Shown here: one piece after another, positions 17,788 to 27,568 of the stretch | Numbering within the stretch: the stretch's first letter is position 1 | Layout: the number at the start of each line of letters is the position of its first letter | Assembly (NCBI GenBank): GCA_042408785.1 | Contig: JBHOQU010000110.1 | Coordinates: 2,691-66,690 of the forward strand | Source of the DNA: Dehalococcoidia bacterium | GTDB lineage: Bacteria; Chloroflexota; Dehalococcoidia; JAUQQI01 | DNA length: 64,000 nucleotides | Reading direction: 5' to 3' | Translations under genes and position numbers: made by a program | Notes under the pieces: generated by a model | What the model was told of the DNA's origin: nothing | The model's input: the letters and a program-made list of their open reading frames with translations, nothing else | Database searches by the model: none

Positions 17788-18503
17788 TGGGGGACCAGCG
17801 GACCATCCGGGTTGCCCGCACGGGGGAAGACGGTCGGCGACACTTCCAGGTTTTCCGGGTGCCCTGCGGCCCGCAGACTACGGTGCTCGACGGGCTCATC
17901 TACATCCACCGGCACCTGGACCGGACCCTGGCGTTCCGGTACGCCTGCCGGCAGGCGATGTGCGGGACCTGCGGGGTCGTGGTGAACGGGGTGGAGCGGC
18001 TGGCGTGCTACACCCTGCTCCGGGCCGTTCCCGGCCGGGTGGTGACCGTGGAGCCGCTGCGTCACCTGCCGGTGGTCCGGGACCTGGTAGTGGACCTGGG
18101 GCCGTTTCTGCGGACCTGGGCCGCGGTGGGGCCGGCCTTTTCGGGGGCCGCCGATGCCGCCGGGCCGGCCCAAATCCGGCCGGATGAGCCCGACCGGCAG
18201 GTCATCGACCGGCACCGGGAGTGCATCTCCTGCGGCCTGTGCTACTCGGCCTGCGACGTGGTGGGGAGCCGGCCCGGGTTTCCGGGCCCGGCGGCCCTCA
18301 ACCACGCCCTCTGCCTGATCCTGGACCGGCGGGACGGGGCCCGTCAGGCCCGCCTCAAGGCCGTGGACGGTCCCGACGGCTGTTGGGCCTGCCACGGTCT
18401 GCTCACGTGCGCCGCCGTCTGCCCCAAGGGGCTGGAGCCGGTGGCCGCCATCGAAAGGCTTAAACGGCTGGTAGTCCTCGGCGGATATGGTGCTGCGGTC
18501 TGA
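17784..18503 (+). CDS. succinate dehydrogenase / fumarate reductase iron-sulfur subunit
   Basis: 2Fe-2S (CRQAMCGTCG) and two 4Fe-4S / 3Fe-4S Cys clusters (CISCGLCYSAC, CHGLLTCAAVCP). Confidence 0.75.
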   Translation: MMGDQRTIRVARTGEDGRRHFQVFRVPCGPQTTVLDGLIYIHRHLDRTLAFRYACRQAMCGTCGVVVNGVERLACYTLLRAVPGRVVTVEPLRHLPVVRDLVVDLGPFLRTWAAVGPAFSGAADAAGPAQIRPDEPDRQVIDRHRECISCGLCYSACDVVGSRPGFPGPAALNHALCLILDRRDGARQARLKAVDGPDGCWACHGLLTCAAVCPKGLEPVAAIERLKRLVVLGGYGAAV

Positions 18504-18864
18504 AGCCGGCCGACCGGCCTACCCGTTAAGCTGGCCCCGGGCGCACCGGGCCGGGGTCTGGGCCCGGCGGCTGCAGCGCCTTACGGGGGTCTTGCTGGTG
18601 GGCTTCGCCGTCTGGCATATCTTCGGGCTGGTGGGGGCCGCCCACGACCGGGCCCGGCTGGCCGACCTGATCTTGACCCTTTACAACCCCGTCTTCCTGG
18701 GCCTTTTGCTGGCCAACCTCGGGTTTCACACCCTCAACGGCCTGCGGAGCATCCTTTTCGAGCTGGGCCTGGTGGGAGTCAGGCGGCAGGCCGGTTTGAT
18801 TCTGCTGGCGGCCGCCGGAACGGGCCTGCTGGTGGGCCTTGGGCTTCTCTGGAGGCTGCGGTGA
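18487..18864 (+). CDS. succinate dehydrogenase membrane anchor subunit (SdhC-like, cytochrome b)
   Basis: Three TM helices with a His in the first helix; operon position. Confidence 0.5.
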   Translation: MVLRSEAGRPAYPLSWPRAHRAGVWARRLQRLTGVLLVGFAVWHIFGLVGAAHDRARLADLILTLYNPVFLGLLLANLGFHTLNGLRSILFELGLVGVRRQAGLILLAAAGTGLLVGLGLLWRLR

Positions 18865-19160
18865 CGGGCGAGCGGGCCTGGTGGGTGCTGCAGCGGGTGA
18901 GCGGGGTGGTGCTGGCGGGGTCGGTGGGCCTTCACCTCTGGGCGCAGGTGGGGGGCCTTCCGGACCTTACGGCGCGGTTTTTAAACGACCTGCTTCTGCT
19001 GGTCCTGGTGGTGATTCACAGCATTCCCGGGCTGCGGACGGTAATCTACGACCACGTGGCGGACGGCCGGCTCCGGGCCTGGGCCGACCGCCTGCTCCTG
19101 CTGGGGGGCGCGGGTCTGGTCGGCTACGGAGCCTGGGGCCTCTGGGCATTTTTTACTTAA
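18861..19160 (+). CDS. succinate dehydrogenase membrane anchor subunit (SdhD-like)
   Basis: 99-aa three-TM protein translationally coupled to the SdhC-like gene. Confidence 0.5.
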   Translation: MTGERAWWVLQRVSGVVLAGSVGLHLWAQVGGLPDLTARFLNDLLLLVLVVIHSIPGLRTVIYDHVADGRLRAWADRLLLLGGAGLVGYGAWGLWAFFT

Positions 19161-19172
19161 GGAGGGAGGGCC

Positions 19173-20171
19173 ATGCGGAAGGTTAACTTTATCGCCGCGG
19201 CGCTGGTGCTTGCGGGGCTTGTGGCGGCGGCCTGCGCCCCGGCCGGGGCACCGGCTCCGGCCCCGAGTCCGGGGGCCATAAAGGCCCCGGCGAGGGTGAC
19301 CATCGCCTACCAGCCGGGCCTCGGCTACGCCCAGCTCATCATCATGAAGCGGCAGCAGGTGCTGGAAAAGCGGTTCCCCAACACTACCTTCGAATGGAAG
19401 ATCCTGGCGGCCGGGGCCCCCATCCGGGACGGGATGATCGCCGGGCAGATCCAGGTGGGGGCCGGGGGAACGGGGCCCTTCCTGGTGGGCTGGGACCGGG
19501 GCGTTGGCTGGCGGATCTTATCGTCCCTGAACCAGATGGACCTCTGGCTCATGGCGATGGACCCGAACATCAAAAGCCTGCGGGACATAAAGCCCGGGAT
19601 GCAAATCGGCCTGCCGGCCCCCGACTCCATCCAGGCGGTGGTCTTGCGCCGGGCCGCCCAGCAGCAGCTGGGCAACCCTAACGCCCTGGACCAGAACATG
19701 GTGGCCATCGCCCACCCGGCCGGGGTTCAGGCGCTGCTGGGGGGACAGCTGGCCGCCCACCTGACGTCGCCGCCCTTCCAGTTCCAGGAGAAGGATGCCG
19801 GGGCCAGGGTTGTCCTGCGCAGTTTCGACGTCTTCGGACCCCACACCTTCAACAGCGTCTGGGTGATGGAAAGCTTTTATAACGAGTATCCGGAATTCAA
19901 CAAGGCTTTTTACGAGGCCATCGTCGAGGCGACTCGCCTGATCAAAGAAATGCCCGCTGAGGCGGCCCGGCTGGTGGCCGAGGAGGAGGGGGGCCAGGTC
20001 TCGCCCCAGACCTACCGGGACTGGATGACCCGGGAGGGGATGGTCTACGATACCGTCCCCCGGGGCTTCTTGAAGTTCGCCGAATTCATGCGGAGCATCG
20101 GGATGATTTCAAAGGCCCCGTCCTCGATCAAGGAGCTGACGGTACCCCTCCTGGGCGACGCCGGTGATTAA
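19173..20171 (+). CDS. ABC transporter substrate-binding lipoprotein, NitT/TauT (NMT1/THI5-like) family
   Basis: RBS AGGAGGGAGGG; lipobox LVAAAC; 332 aa periplasmic-binding fold. Confidence 0.7.
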   Translation: MRKVNFIAAALVLAGLVAAACAPAGAPAPAPSPGAIKAPARVTIAYQPGLGYAQLIIMKRQQVLEKRFPNTTFEWKILAAGAPIRDGMIAGQIQVGAGGTGPFLVGWDRGVGWRILSSLNQMDLWLMAMDPNIKSLRDIKPGMQIGLPAPDSIQAVVLRRAAQQQLGNPNALDQNMVAIAHPAGVQALLGGQLAAHLTSPPFQFQEKDAGARVVLRSFDVFGPHTFNSVWVMESFYNEYPEFNKAFYEAIVEATRLIKEMPAEAARLVAEEEGGQVSPQTYRDWMTREGMVYDTVPRGFLKFAEFMRSIGMISKAPSSIKELTVPLLGDAGD

Positions 20172-20187
20172 CCTTTCGGGGGCCGCT

Positions 20188-20976
20188 ATGAAGCCCGTGG
20201 TGGTGGTCGACGACGTCCGGATCGAGTATGCCGACCCCGAGGGCCGCCGCTTCACGGCGGTGGACGGCGTCTCTTTCGAGGTCCGGGAAGGGGAGAAGTT
20301 CGTCATCATCGGCCCGTCCGGCTGCGGCAAAACCACCCTACTCCGGGCCATCGCCGGCTTCGTTGCGCCCAGCCGGGGCCGGGTGCTGGTGGCCGGGGAG
20401 CCGGTGCGGGAGCCGGGCCCCGACCGGGCGGTAGTTTTCCAGGAGTTCGACCAGCTCTTTCCCTGGCGGACGGTCCTGGACAACGTCGTCTACGCCCTGA
20501 CGGTGACCGGTCGGGCCCGGGGCCGGGTGGCGGTGGAGCAGGCCCGCCGTTTCCTGCGGCTGGTGGGCATCGAGGCGGCCGCCGACAAGTACCCCCACCA
20601 GCTTTCCGGCGGGATGAAGCAGCGGGCGGCCATCGCCCGGGCCCTGGCCATCGGGCCGAAGATCCTGCTTATGGACGAGCCGTTCGGGGCCCTCGACGCC
20701 ATAACCCGGACCCAGCTTCAGCAGGAGCTCAACCGCATCTGGGCCGAGACCGGCGTGACCATCATCCTGGTAACCCACTCCATCCAGGAGGCGGCCTACT
20801 TAGGCCACCGGGTCCTGGTGATGGCCGCCAACCCCGGCCGGGTTCAGGCCATCGTCAACACCGACCACGTTGACGACATGGACGGTGAGGCCTTCGCCGA
20901 AGCCACCCGCCGGCTCCGTCGCTTCCTGGGCGGGGAGGCCGAGGCCCAGGCCGCCCGGGAGGAGGGAGCGAAATGA
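20188..20976 (+). CDS. ABC transporter ATP-binding protein (NitT/TauT family)
   Basis: Walker A GPSGCGKTT, signature LSGGMKQR, Walker B ILLMDEPF. Confidence 0.8.
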   Translation: MKPVVVVDDVRIEYADPEGRRFTAVDGVSFEVREGEKFVIIGPSGCGKTTLLRAIAGFVAPSRGRVLVAGEPVREPGPDRAVVFQEFDQLFPWRTVLDNVVYALTVTGRARGRVAVEQARRFLRLVGIEAAADKYPHQLSGGMKQRAAIARALAIGPKILLMDEPFGALDAITRTQLQQELNRIWAETGVTIILVTHSIQEAAYLGHRVLVMAANPGRVQAIVNTDHVDDMDGEAFAEATRRLRRFLGGEAEAQAAREEGAK

Positions 20977-21800
20977 GGGGAGAGCTGCCCGTTGCCCGAC
21001 CCCGCCCGGTGGCGGTGCCGGGACTGCTTCGGAGTCCGTGGACCCGCCGCCTGGTGGTCCTGGTGGGTCTTATCGTTTTCTGGCAGGTCTACGTTACGGC
21101 CGCCCAGGTAAAGCCGCTGCTCTTTCCGCCGCCGACGGCGGTGGCCGAGGCCCTGGCTCGGGACCTGACAAACCTTTCCATCCCCCGGAGCACCCTGACG
21201 ACCCTGCAGTTTCTGGTCATCGGCACCCTGATCGGGGCGGCCCTGGGGCTGCTGCTGGCCGCCTTCTCCATCACCTCGCCCCTGGGCCACGACCTGCTCT
21301 CGACCCTTACGTCGGTCTTCAACCCCCTGCCGGGGGTGGCCATCCTGCCCCTGGCGATGATCTGGTTCGGCCTCACCCCCACGGCCATCATCTTCGTGGT
21401 GGCCTACGCCACCGTCTGGCCCATCGCCATCAGCACCGACATGGGCTTCCGGACGGTCAGCCCCACCCTGCAGATGGCCGCCCGGACGCTGGGGCTTAAG
21501 GGCCTGAGGCTGGTCTGGGACGTCCTCCTGCCGGCGGCCCTGCCCCACCTCACCTCGGGCCTGAAGGTGGCCTGGGCCTTCGGCTGGCGGACGGTGGTGG
21601 CCGCCGAGCTCGTCTTCGGGGTGGCCGGGGCCCAGGGCGGCCTGGGCTGGTATATCAACACGGCCCGGTATTTTCTGGAGACGCCCCGGGTCTTCGCCGG
21701 CCTGGTCATCATCTCCCTGCTGGGCATCGCCGTCGAGTACGCCTTCCGGCTGGTGGAGTTCCGGACCATCGAGCGCTGGGGAATGAAGAAGGCGGGCTGA
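20973..21800 (+). CDS. ABC transporter permease (NitT/TauT family, BPD_transp_1)
   Basis: Six TM helices; EAA-like loop; translationally coupled to the ATPase. Confidence 0.75.
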   Translation: MRGELPVARPRPVAVPGLLRSPWTRRLVVLVGLIVFWQVYVTAAQVKPLLFPPPTAVAEALARDLTNLSIPRSTLTTLQFLVIGTLIGAALGLLLAAFSITSPLGHDLLSTLTSVFNPLPGVAILPLAMIWFGLTPTAIIFVVAYATVWPIAISTDMGFRTVSPTLQMAARTLGLKGLRLVWDVLLPAALPHLTSGLKVAWAFGWRTVVAAELVFGVAGAQGGLGWYINTARYFLETPRVFAGLVIISLLGIAVEYAFRLVEFRTIERWGMKKAG

Positions 21801-21841
21801 CCCGTTGTTTCGGGCCGGCGGCCGGGTTTATCCTTAAAAAT

Positions 21842-22939
21842 GTGAGCGAGCCTTATCCGGCAGGTGAACCGAAGCCGGGTCCCGTCGTCCTCTTCGGCTC
21901 AGGCGAAACCGGTCCGACGGGCCGACTGGCCTGCGAACGGGTTTTCGGCCGGTACCGGCGGCCGGTCCGGGTGGCAATCCTGGAGACCCCGGCCGGCTTT
22001 CAGCCGAACTCGGCCCTGGTGGCGGGCAAGGTCGCCGATTTCTTCCGCCAGCGGCTCCAGAACTTCGCCCCCGATGTGGCGGTGATTCCGGCCCGGCGGC
22101 GGGACTCCGAGCTGGGAACCAACAACCCGGTCCTGCTGGCCCCCCTGCGGCGGGCCGACGTCATCTTCCTGGGGCCGGGCAGTCCCACCTACGCCGTAAA
22201 ACACCTGGCGGACACCCTGGCCTACCGGGCCGTTGCGGCCCGGCACCGGCAGGGCGCGGCCCTGGTCCTGGCCAGCGCGGCCACCATCGCCTTCGGGGCC
22301 TATGCCCTGCCCGTGTATGAGATTTACAAGGTCGGCGAGGACCCCCACTGGCAGCCCGGGCTCGATTTCTTCGGCGGCTACGGCCTGCGGCTGGTTATCG
22401 TCCCCCACTGGAACAACCGGGAGGGCGGGGAAGAGCTGGATACCAGCCGCTGTTTTATGGGGCAGGAGCGATGGTCCCGGCTCGAGGCCCTGCTTCCCCC
22501 CGGGCTGACGGTGCTGGGGATCGAAGAGCACACCGCCGCCATCGTGGATTTCGAGCGGGGAATGGTGGAGGTTTTGGGCCGGGGGGCCGTGGTCATCCGG
22601 CGAACCCGGCAGGAGTCGACCTTTGCGGCCGGCGAGGCCTTTTCCCTCGACCTGCTCGGCCCGTGGGAAATTCCGCCGGCCGAGCGGTTTCCCATGCCCG
22701 AAAGCATTCCCGACCCCCCCGAGCCGGAGCTGCCGGCCGAGGTGGCCCGCCTGGTCTGGGAGCGGGAGGCCGCCCGGCGGGCCGCCAACTGGACCCGGGC
22801 GGACGCCCTCCGGGGTGAGCTTTACCGGCTCGGCTACGAGGTTCAGGACACCCGGGAAGGCCCCCGCTGGCGCCGGGCCGGGGAGCGCCACGCCCCCTTC
22901 CGCCCTGTCCCCGCCCCGGAAACCCTGCCCGGAACCTGA
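21842..22939 (+). CDS. peptidase S51 / class-I glutamine-amidotransferase-like domain fused to a CysRS C-terminal-like helical domain
   Basis: N-terminal S51-like region ([10 protein letters not shown], Ser in [10 protein letters not shown], His in IVPHWN); C-terminus [47 protein letters not shown] closely resembles the CysRS C-terminal tRNA-interacting motif. Confidence 0.55.
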   Translation: MSEPYPAGEPKPGPVVLFGSGETGPTGRLACERVFGRYRRPVRVAILETPAGFQPNSALVAGKVADFFRQRLQNFAPDVAVIPARRRDSELGTNNPVLLAPLRRADVIFLGPGSPTYAVKHLADTLAYRAVAARHRQGAALVLASAATIAFGAYALPVYEIYKVGEDPHWQPGLDFFGGYGLRLVIVPHWNNREGGEELDTSRCFMGQERWSRLEALLPPGLTVLGIEEHTAAIVDFERGMVEVLGRGAVVIRRTRQESTFAAGEAFSLDLLGPWEIPPAERFPMPESIPDPPEPELPAEVARLVWEREAARRAANWTRADALRGELYRLGYEVQDTREGPRWRRAGERHAPFRPVPAPETLPGT

Positions 22940-23134
22940 CGGCCCGCCTCCCCGCCGCCCCCTTCAAGCCGGGCGATTGTGCACCTTGCACAAGCCCGGC
23001 GCGAAAATTCTGCGTTTTTTACAGGGTTCACGCCGGGTTTTCTCGGGCAATCCTAAAGTAGGGTTCGCTCTCGAGGGAGGCGCAGACGGAGGCGGCGGGT
23101 ATTCCTGGCCCTCGGTCTGGCGGCGGGTGGGCGG

Positions 23135-24525
23135 TTGGCCTGGTCTTCCCAGGTCGCGGCCGCTGAACCGAGCCCGGCGGACCTGGCCCTGGCCGTGGAC
23201 ACCGTCTGGGTGCTGGTGGCCGGCGTCCTGGTCATCTTTATGCAGGCGGGCTTTGCCCTCCTGGAGGCCGGACTCACCCGGACCAAGAACGCCGCCCACG
23301 TCGCGGCCAAGAACCTGCTCATCCTGGCGGTGGCCTCCCTCGCCTTCTGGGCCTTCGGCGCCGGCAACCCCATCTTCGGAACCTCCGGCTTCTTCATGGC
23401 GGTCCCGGCCGAGGAGGCCGATAGGGTCTTCGCCTCCCTGGCGGCCTCGGTCGTTCCCATTCCGGCAAAATATATCTTCCAGGTCGCCTTCTGCGCCGTG
23501 TCTTTGGCCATCGTCTGGGGCGGGATGGCCGAGCGGACCCGCCTCATCGTCTACCCCATCTTCGGCCTCATCTTCAGCACCCTGATCTACCCGGTCACCG
23601 CCCACTGGGTCTGGGGTGGGGGCTGGCTGGCCGGGCTGGGGATGCAGGACTTCGCCGGCTCAACCGTCGTCCACCTTCAGGGGGGAACGGCCGCCCTCAT
23701 CGGCGCCTGGCTGCTCGGCCCCAGGCTGGGCAAATACGGGCCGGACGGGCGGCCCAATCCCATCCCCGGCCACAACCTGGCCTACGCCGTTCTGGGAACC
23801 TTCATCCTCTGGCTCGGCTGGTTCGGGTTCAACCCGGGCTCAACCCTGGCGGCGGTTGGGGCCTTCTTTGCCTACGTTGCCCTGACGACCCACCTGGCCG
23901 CGGCGGCCGGGGCCCTCTCGGGCCTCTTCGGCGCCTGGGTTTTCCTGGGCAAGCCGGATATACCCATGATGCTGAACGGGGTGCTGGCCGCCCTGGTGGC
24001 CATCACCGCCGCCTGCGCCTACGTGGAGCCGTGGGCGGCGGTGGTTATCGGCGCCTGGTTGCCGGCCTGGTGATGCTCTTCACCGTCCGCCTGGTGGAAA
24101 CCCGGCTGAAGGCGGACGACCCCGTTGGGGCCTTCGGGGTCCACGGGATGGCCGGGATCTGGGGCACCCTGTCCACCGGCCTCTTCGCCGCGCCCCACCT
24201 GGTGAGCCAGCTGGGCATCGGCCAGCCGGGCCTCTTCTACGGCGGCGGCCTGACCCAGCTGGGGGTCCAGGCGCTGGGGGTTGCGGCCGCCTTTGTTTAC
24301 GTTGCGGCCGCCTCGTTTGTAAGCCTTTACGTAATCAGGCGGGTCATCGGCCTGCGGGTTGCCCCCCAGGACGAGGTGGAGGGGCTGGACCTGGCCGAGC
24401 ACGGGACCGAAGGCTATCCGGAGCTGGCCCGGGGCCAGCTCCGGCCGCCCTCGGAAGTGGTGGTTATTCGCTCGCCGGAATTGGGGTGCACAATCCCGAC
24501 TTTAAAGGGGGCCTGGCCGACTTAA
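23135..24525 (+). pseudogene. amt: ammonium transporter (Amt family) interrupted by a 1-nt frameshift near 24052..24060
   Basis: ORF 23135..24073 encodes Amt TM1-9 and ORF 24031..24525 (other frame) encodes the Amt C-terminus (DDPVGAFGVHGMAGIWGTL); the joined reading AAVVIGA|LVAGLVMLF needs one extra base. Confidence 0.6.
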
Positions 24526-25406
24526 GGCCCAGGTATTTCTGCGAGGTCGAGGCCGACCTGGATTACCCCAAAGGCCCGATTCGGGTTCCGGTTTACTGGC
24601 GCCACACCCGCCGGCCGACCGCCCCCGAAGCCTACCGGGTGGAGGTCCTCGGCTACCTGGTGGAGCGGGCGAATCCCCTGGTCCTGCGCAAGGATGTTGC
24701 CGGGGCGGTCCGGCTGTTCACGTGGCGTCGGCGGCTGCCGGCCTATCTTATCGTGGTGCCGGGCCAGGCGCTGGTGCCGGCCTACCCGTGCCGGGACGGT
24801 CTGGAAGCCCCCGTGGACGGCGGGCCGGTCTTGGCCGCCCCGGATATCGGCACCCTGGCCGTTGGGGTCCGCCGGTACCTGGGGGCGGCGGGGGTGAGGT
24901 CCGGGGCCGTCGTCGGCCGGGTCTTGCCCCGGGACCTCCGGCTCGAGGCGCCGGCGGCCGTCATCTTCAGCCCGGATGACGAGGCCGTGTGGGTGCCGGT
25001 TTTCCGGGAGGGCGGCGGTCTGGTCTGCCGCTGGCGGGGTGAGGCCCTGGGCGGGGAGGGCTACGCCGGCCCGGCGGGCCTGCTGCGCCTGCGGCGGGAG
25101 CTGGCCGCCCGGCTCGGAATGGGGGGCCTGGCGGTCTCCCTCCTTTCGGCCGAGGACCTGGGCCGGGTCGAGGCGGGCTGCCAGCCCACCGGTCTCAGCC
25201 TGACGGCCGCTTACAACGGTTCCCGGCTGAACCTCAGGGTCTGGCGCTTCGGCCCGGAGTACGTGGTCTGCCATCCGGAGGCCCTTACGGTGCACGTGGG
25301 GACGACGCCGGAGGAGCTGCGGACCCGGCTCCACGCCTGGTCCGACCGGCCGTCCGGCATCCCCGTTGCGGCGGTGGTCGGCACCTCGGACCACCGGGGA
25401 GGGTAA
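24486..25406 (+). CDS. hypothetical protein (about 300 aa), co-directional and 4 nt upstream of the flotillin gene
   Basis: Protein-like composition and codon bias; the antisense alternative ORF is Arg/Pro/Gly junk; start uncertain. Confidence 0.35.
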   Translation: MHNPDFKGGLADLRPRYFCEVEADLDYPKGPIRVPVYWRHTRRPTAPEAYRVEVLGYLVERANPLVLRKDVAGAVRLFTWRRRLPAYLIVVPGQALVPAYPCRDGLEAPVDGGPVLAAPDIGTLAVGVRRYLGAAGVRSGAVVGRVLPRDLRLEAPAAVIFSPDDEAVWVPVFREGGGLVCRWRGEALGGEGYAGPAGLLRLRRELAARLGMGGLAVSLLSAEDLGRVEAGCQPTGLSLTAAYNGSRLNLRVWRFGPEYVVCHPEALTVHVGTTPEELRTRLHAWSDRPSGIPVAAVVGTSDHRGG

Positions 25407-25409
25407 GCC

Positions 25410-26789
25410 ATGGCAGGCATCCTGGCGGTTGGCGGCGTGATCCTCATCCTGGCGGCGGTTGCCGGCGCGGTCATCCTGTGGGCGACCAGGTATGTTAAGG
25501 CCGGCCCCAATGAGGTGCTGATTGTTTCGGGGCGGACCCGCACCGTGACCGACGAGACCGGGCGCCGGTACACGGTGGGCTACCGGCTGGTGCGGGGCGG
25601 GACCTTCGTTATGCCCATCCGGGAGCGGGTCCAGCGCCTCTCCCTGGAGCTGCTCACCATCGACATTCAGGTTCCCGACGCCTACACCGCCCAGGGGATC
25701 CGCATTTCGGTGGATGCGATGGCCCAGGTGAAGGTGAGGGGCGACGAGCGGTCGGTGGCCGTTGCGGCCGAGCAGTTCCTATCCCGGCCGACGGAAGACA
25801 TTCGGCGGGTGGCCCACCAGGTGGTTGAGGGCCACCTCCGGGCCGTCCTGGGTACGGTCTCGGTTGAGGATGTTTACTTGAGGCGTCAGGAGATCGCCCG
25901 CCGGGCCCGGGAGGCGGCTGAGGCCGACCTGGCCCGGATGGGCCTGGAGGTGGTGTCCCTGACCATCCACCAGCTGAGCGACAGCGAGGGCTACCTGGAG
26001 GCCCTGGGTCGGCCCCGGGTGGCCCAGGTGAAGCGGGATGCGGTCATCGGCGAGGCCCAGGCCGAGCGGGAGGCCCAGCAGGTGAGGTTCGCCGCCCAGA
26101 CCGAGATTGAGGCCGCCCGGCGGGACCACGAGGTCCGCAAGGCCGAATTTCAGGCCGACGTGGCCCGGGTCCGGGCCCAGAGCGACCTGGCCTACGACCT
26201 GGAGCGCTACCGGGTCGCCCAGACCCTGAAGGCCGAAGAGCTAAAGGTTGCCCTCGTCGAGAAGGAGCTTCAGACCCAGATTCACGAGAAGGAGATCGGC
26301 CGCCGAACCCAGGAGCTGCTGGCCACCGTGATAAAGCCGGCCGAGGCCGAACGGCAGCGCATCGAGCTTCTGGCCCAGGCCGAGGAATACCGGCGCCGGG
26401 CCGAGGCGGCCGGAGACGCCGACGCCATCCGGGCCCGGGGCTTCGCCGAGGCCGAGGTTGCCCGCTCCCGGGGCCTGGCCGAGGCGGAGGCGATGCGCCA
26501 GAAGGCGGAGGCCTGGCGTCACTACAACGAGGCGGCCATCACGGAGATGCTGGTCGGGGTTCTGCCCAAGATCGCCGAAGCTGTGAGCAACCCCCTGACC
26601 CACGTCGAGCGGATCGTAATCTTCGCCGGCCCCGACGGCAGCGGGGGCGCCAGCCGGATCACCCGGGACATCGGCGAAGTGATCGCCCAGCTGCCGGTAA
26701 TCGTCGAGGCCCTGACCGGCCAGCGGCTCCAGGACCTGGTCCAGCGGGCGGCCAAAACCCGGACCGATACCCGGGAGCCGACCCCGTAA
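25410..26789 (+). CDS. flotillin-family SPFH/band-7 protein (FloT/YuaG-like)
   Basis: N-terminal TM, SPFH domain, long EA-rich coiled-coil repeats (AEAERQRIE...). Confidence 0.75.
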   Translation: MAGILAVGGVILILAAVAGAVILWATRYVKAGPNEVLIVSGRTRTVTDETGRRYTVGYRLVRGGTFVMPIRERVQRLSLELLTIDIQVPDAYTAQGIRISVDAMAQVKVRGDERSVAVAAEQFLSRPTEDIRRVAHQVVEGHLRAVLGTVSVEDVYLRRQEIARRAREAAEADLARMGLEVVSLTIHQLSDSEGYLEALGRPRVAQVKRDAVIGEAQAEREAQQVRFAAQTEIEAARRDHEVRKAEFQADVARVRAQSDLAYDLERYRVAQTLKAEELKVALVEKELQTQIHEKEIGRRTQELLATVIKPAEAERQRIELLAQAEEYRRRAEAAGDADAIRARGFAEAEVARSRGLAEAEAMRQKAEAWRHYNEAAITEMLVGVLPKIAEAVSNPLTHVERIVIFAGPDGSGGASRITRDIGEVIAQLPVIVEALTGQRLQDLVQRAAKTRTDTREPTP

Positions 26790-26793
26790 CTTC

Positions 26794-27208
26794 TAGGAGC
26801 GTCCCACCGCCTTCTGAACCAGGGCGCTTATCCTTGCCGCTTCAGCGGGGGTCAGCGCCGTCAGGGCAAAGGCCACCGGCCACATGACGCCGTCACCCAG
26901 GTTGGCCCGGTCGGTGAAGCCGAGGGTGGCATACCGGGTTTTAAAAAAGCGCCCTGGAAGAAGCAGACCACCTTGCCGTCCCTGGCGTAGGCGGGCATTC
27001 CGTACCAGGTGGTCGGAGAGAGCTCCGGGGCGCTGGCCTTAATAATTTCGTGGACCTGCAGGGCCATGCTGCGGTCGGGTTCGGGCATCTCGGCCACCTT
27101 GGCCAGGAGCTCCTTTTCGCCGGCCGCCCGCTTCAGCTCCCGGGCCCGCTCCTCCTTCGTGAGGCCCGTGGGCGGTTTGCCGGCGGCGCTCGGGTCTTGC
27201 TTGTCCAT
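26794..27208 (-). pseudogene. DUF1801-family (YdhG-like) protein with a frameshift in a T4A6 homopolymer run (26939..26948)
   Basis: ORF 26861..27208 reads ...[19 protein letters not shown]... (off-frame); shifting one base restores ...[49 protein letters not shown] ending at 26794. Confidence 0.5.
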
Positions 27209-27568
27209 AAGGAACCTCCCGGTCTGTTACCCAGCGTACACCAGTTCGCCCCGCAGGCGCTACCCGGAGACCGCCCGGCAGGCGCCCTTCAGGGCGGCGG
27301 GGCTCTGACCGTTGGCCGGGCGCGGGCCTCACCGTCGGGCTGACAACCCGGACTGCCTCCATTCTTCGTCGACCCGGCTTGGCCGATGCTTCCCCAAAGC
27401 CGGAAACCTGGCACGCCGCCGGGACTCGTGAAGCGGCCGGACACGGCCCCCGGCACGGCCCGGCGCCGGCGCAACCCCAGCCTGCAGGTCTGCGGCGCCA
27501 TTAACCGCCGCGCCGGGCCGGCGAAAGTCCGGATAAATCGGGCTTGCCCCCCCAGGGTTCCTGCGGCT

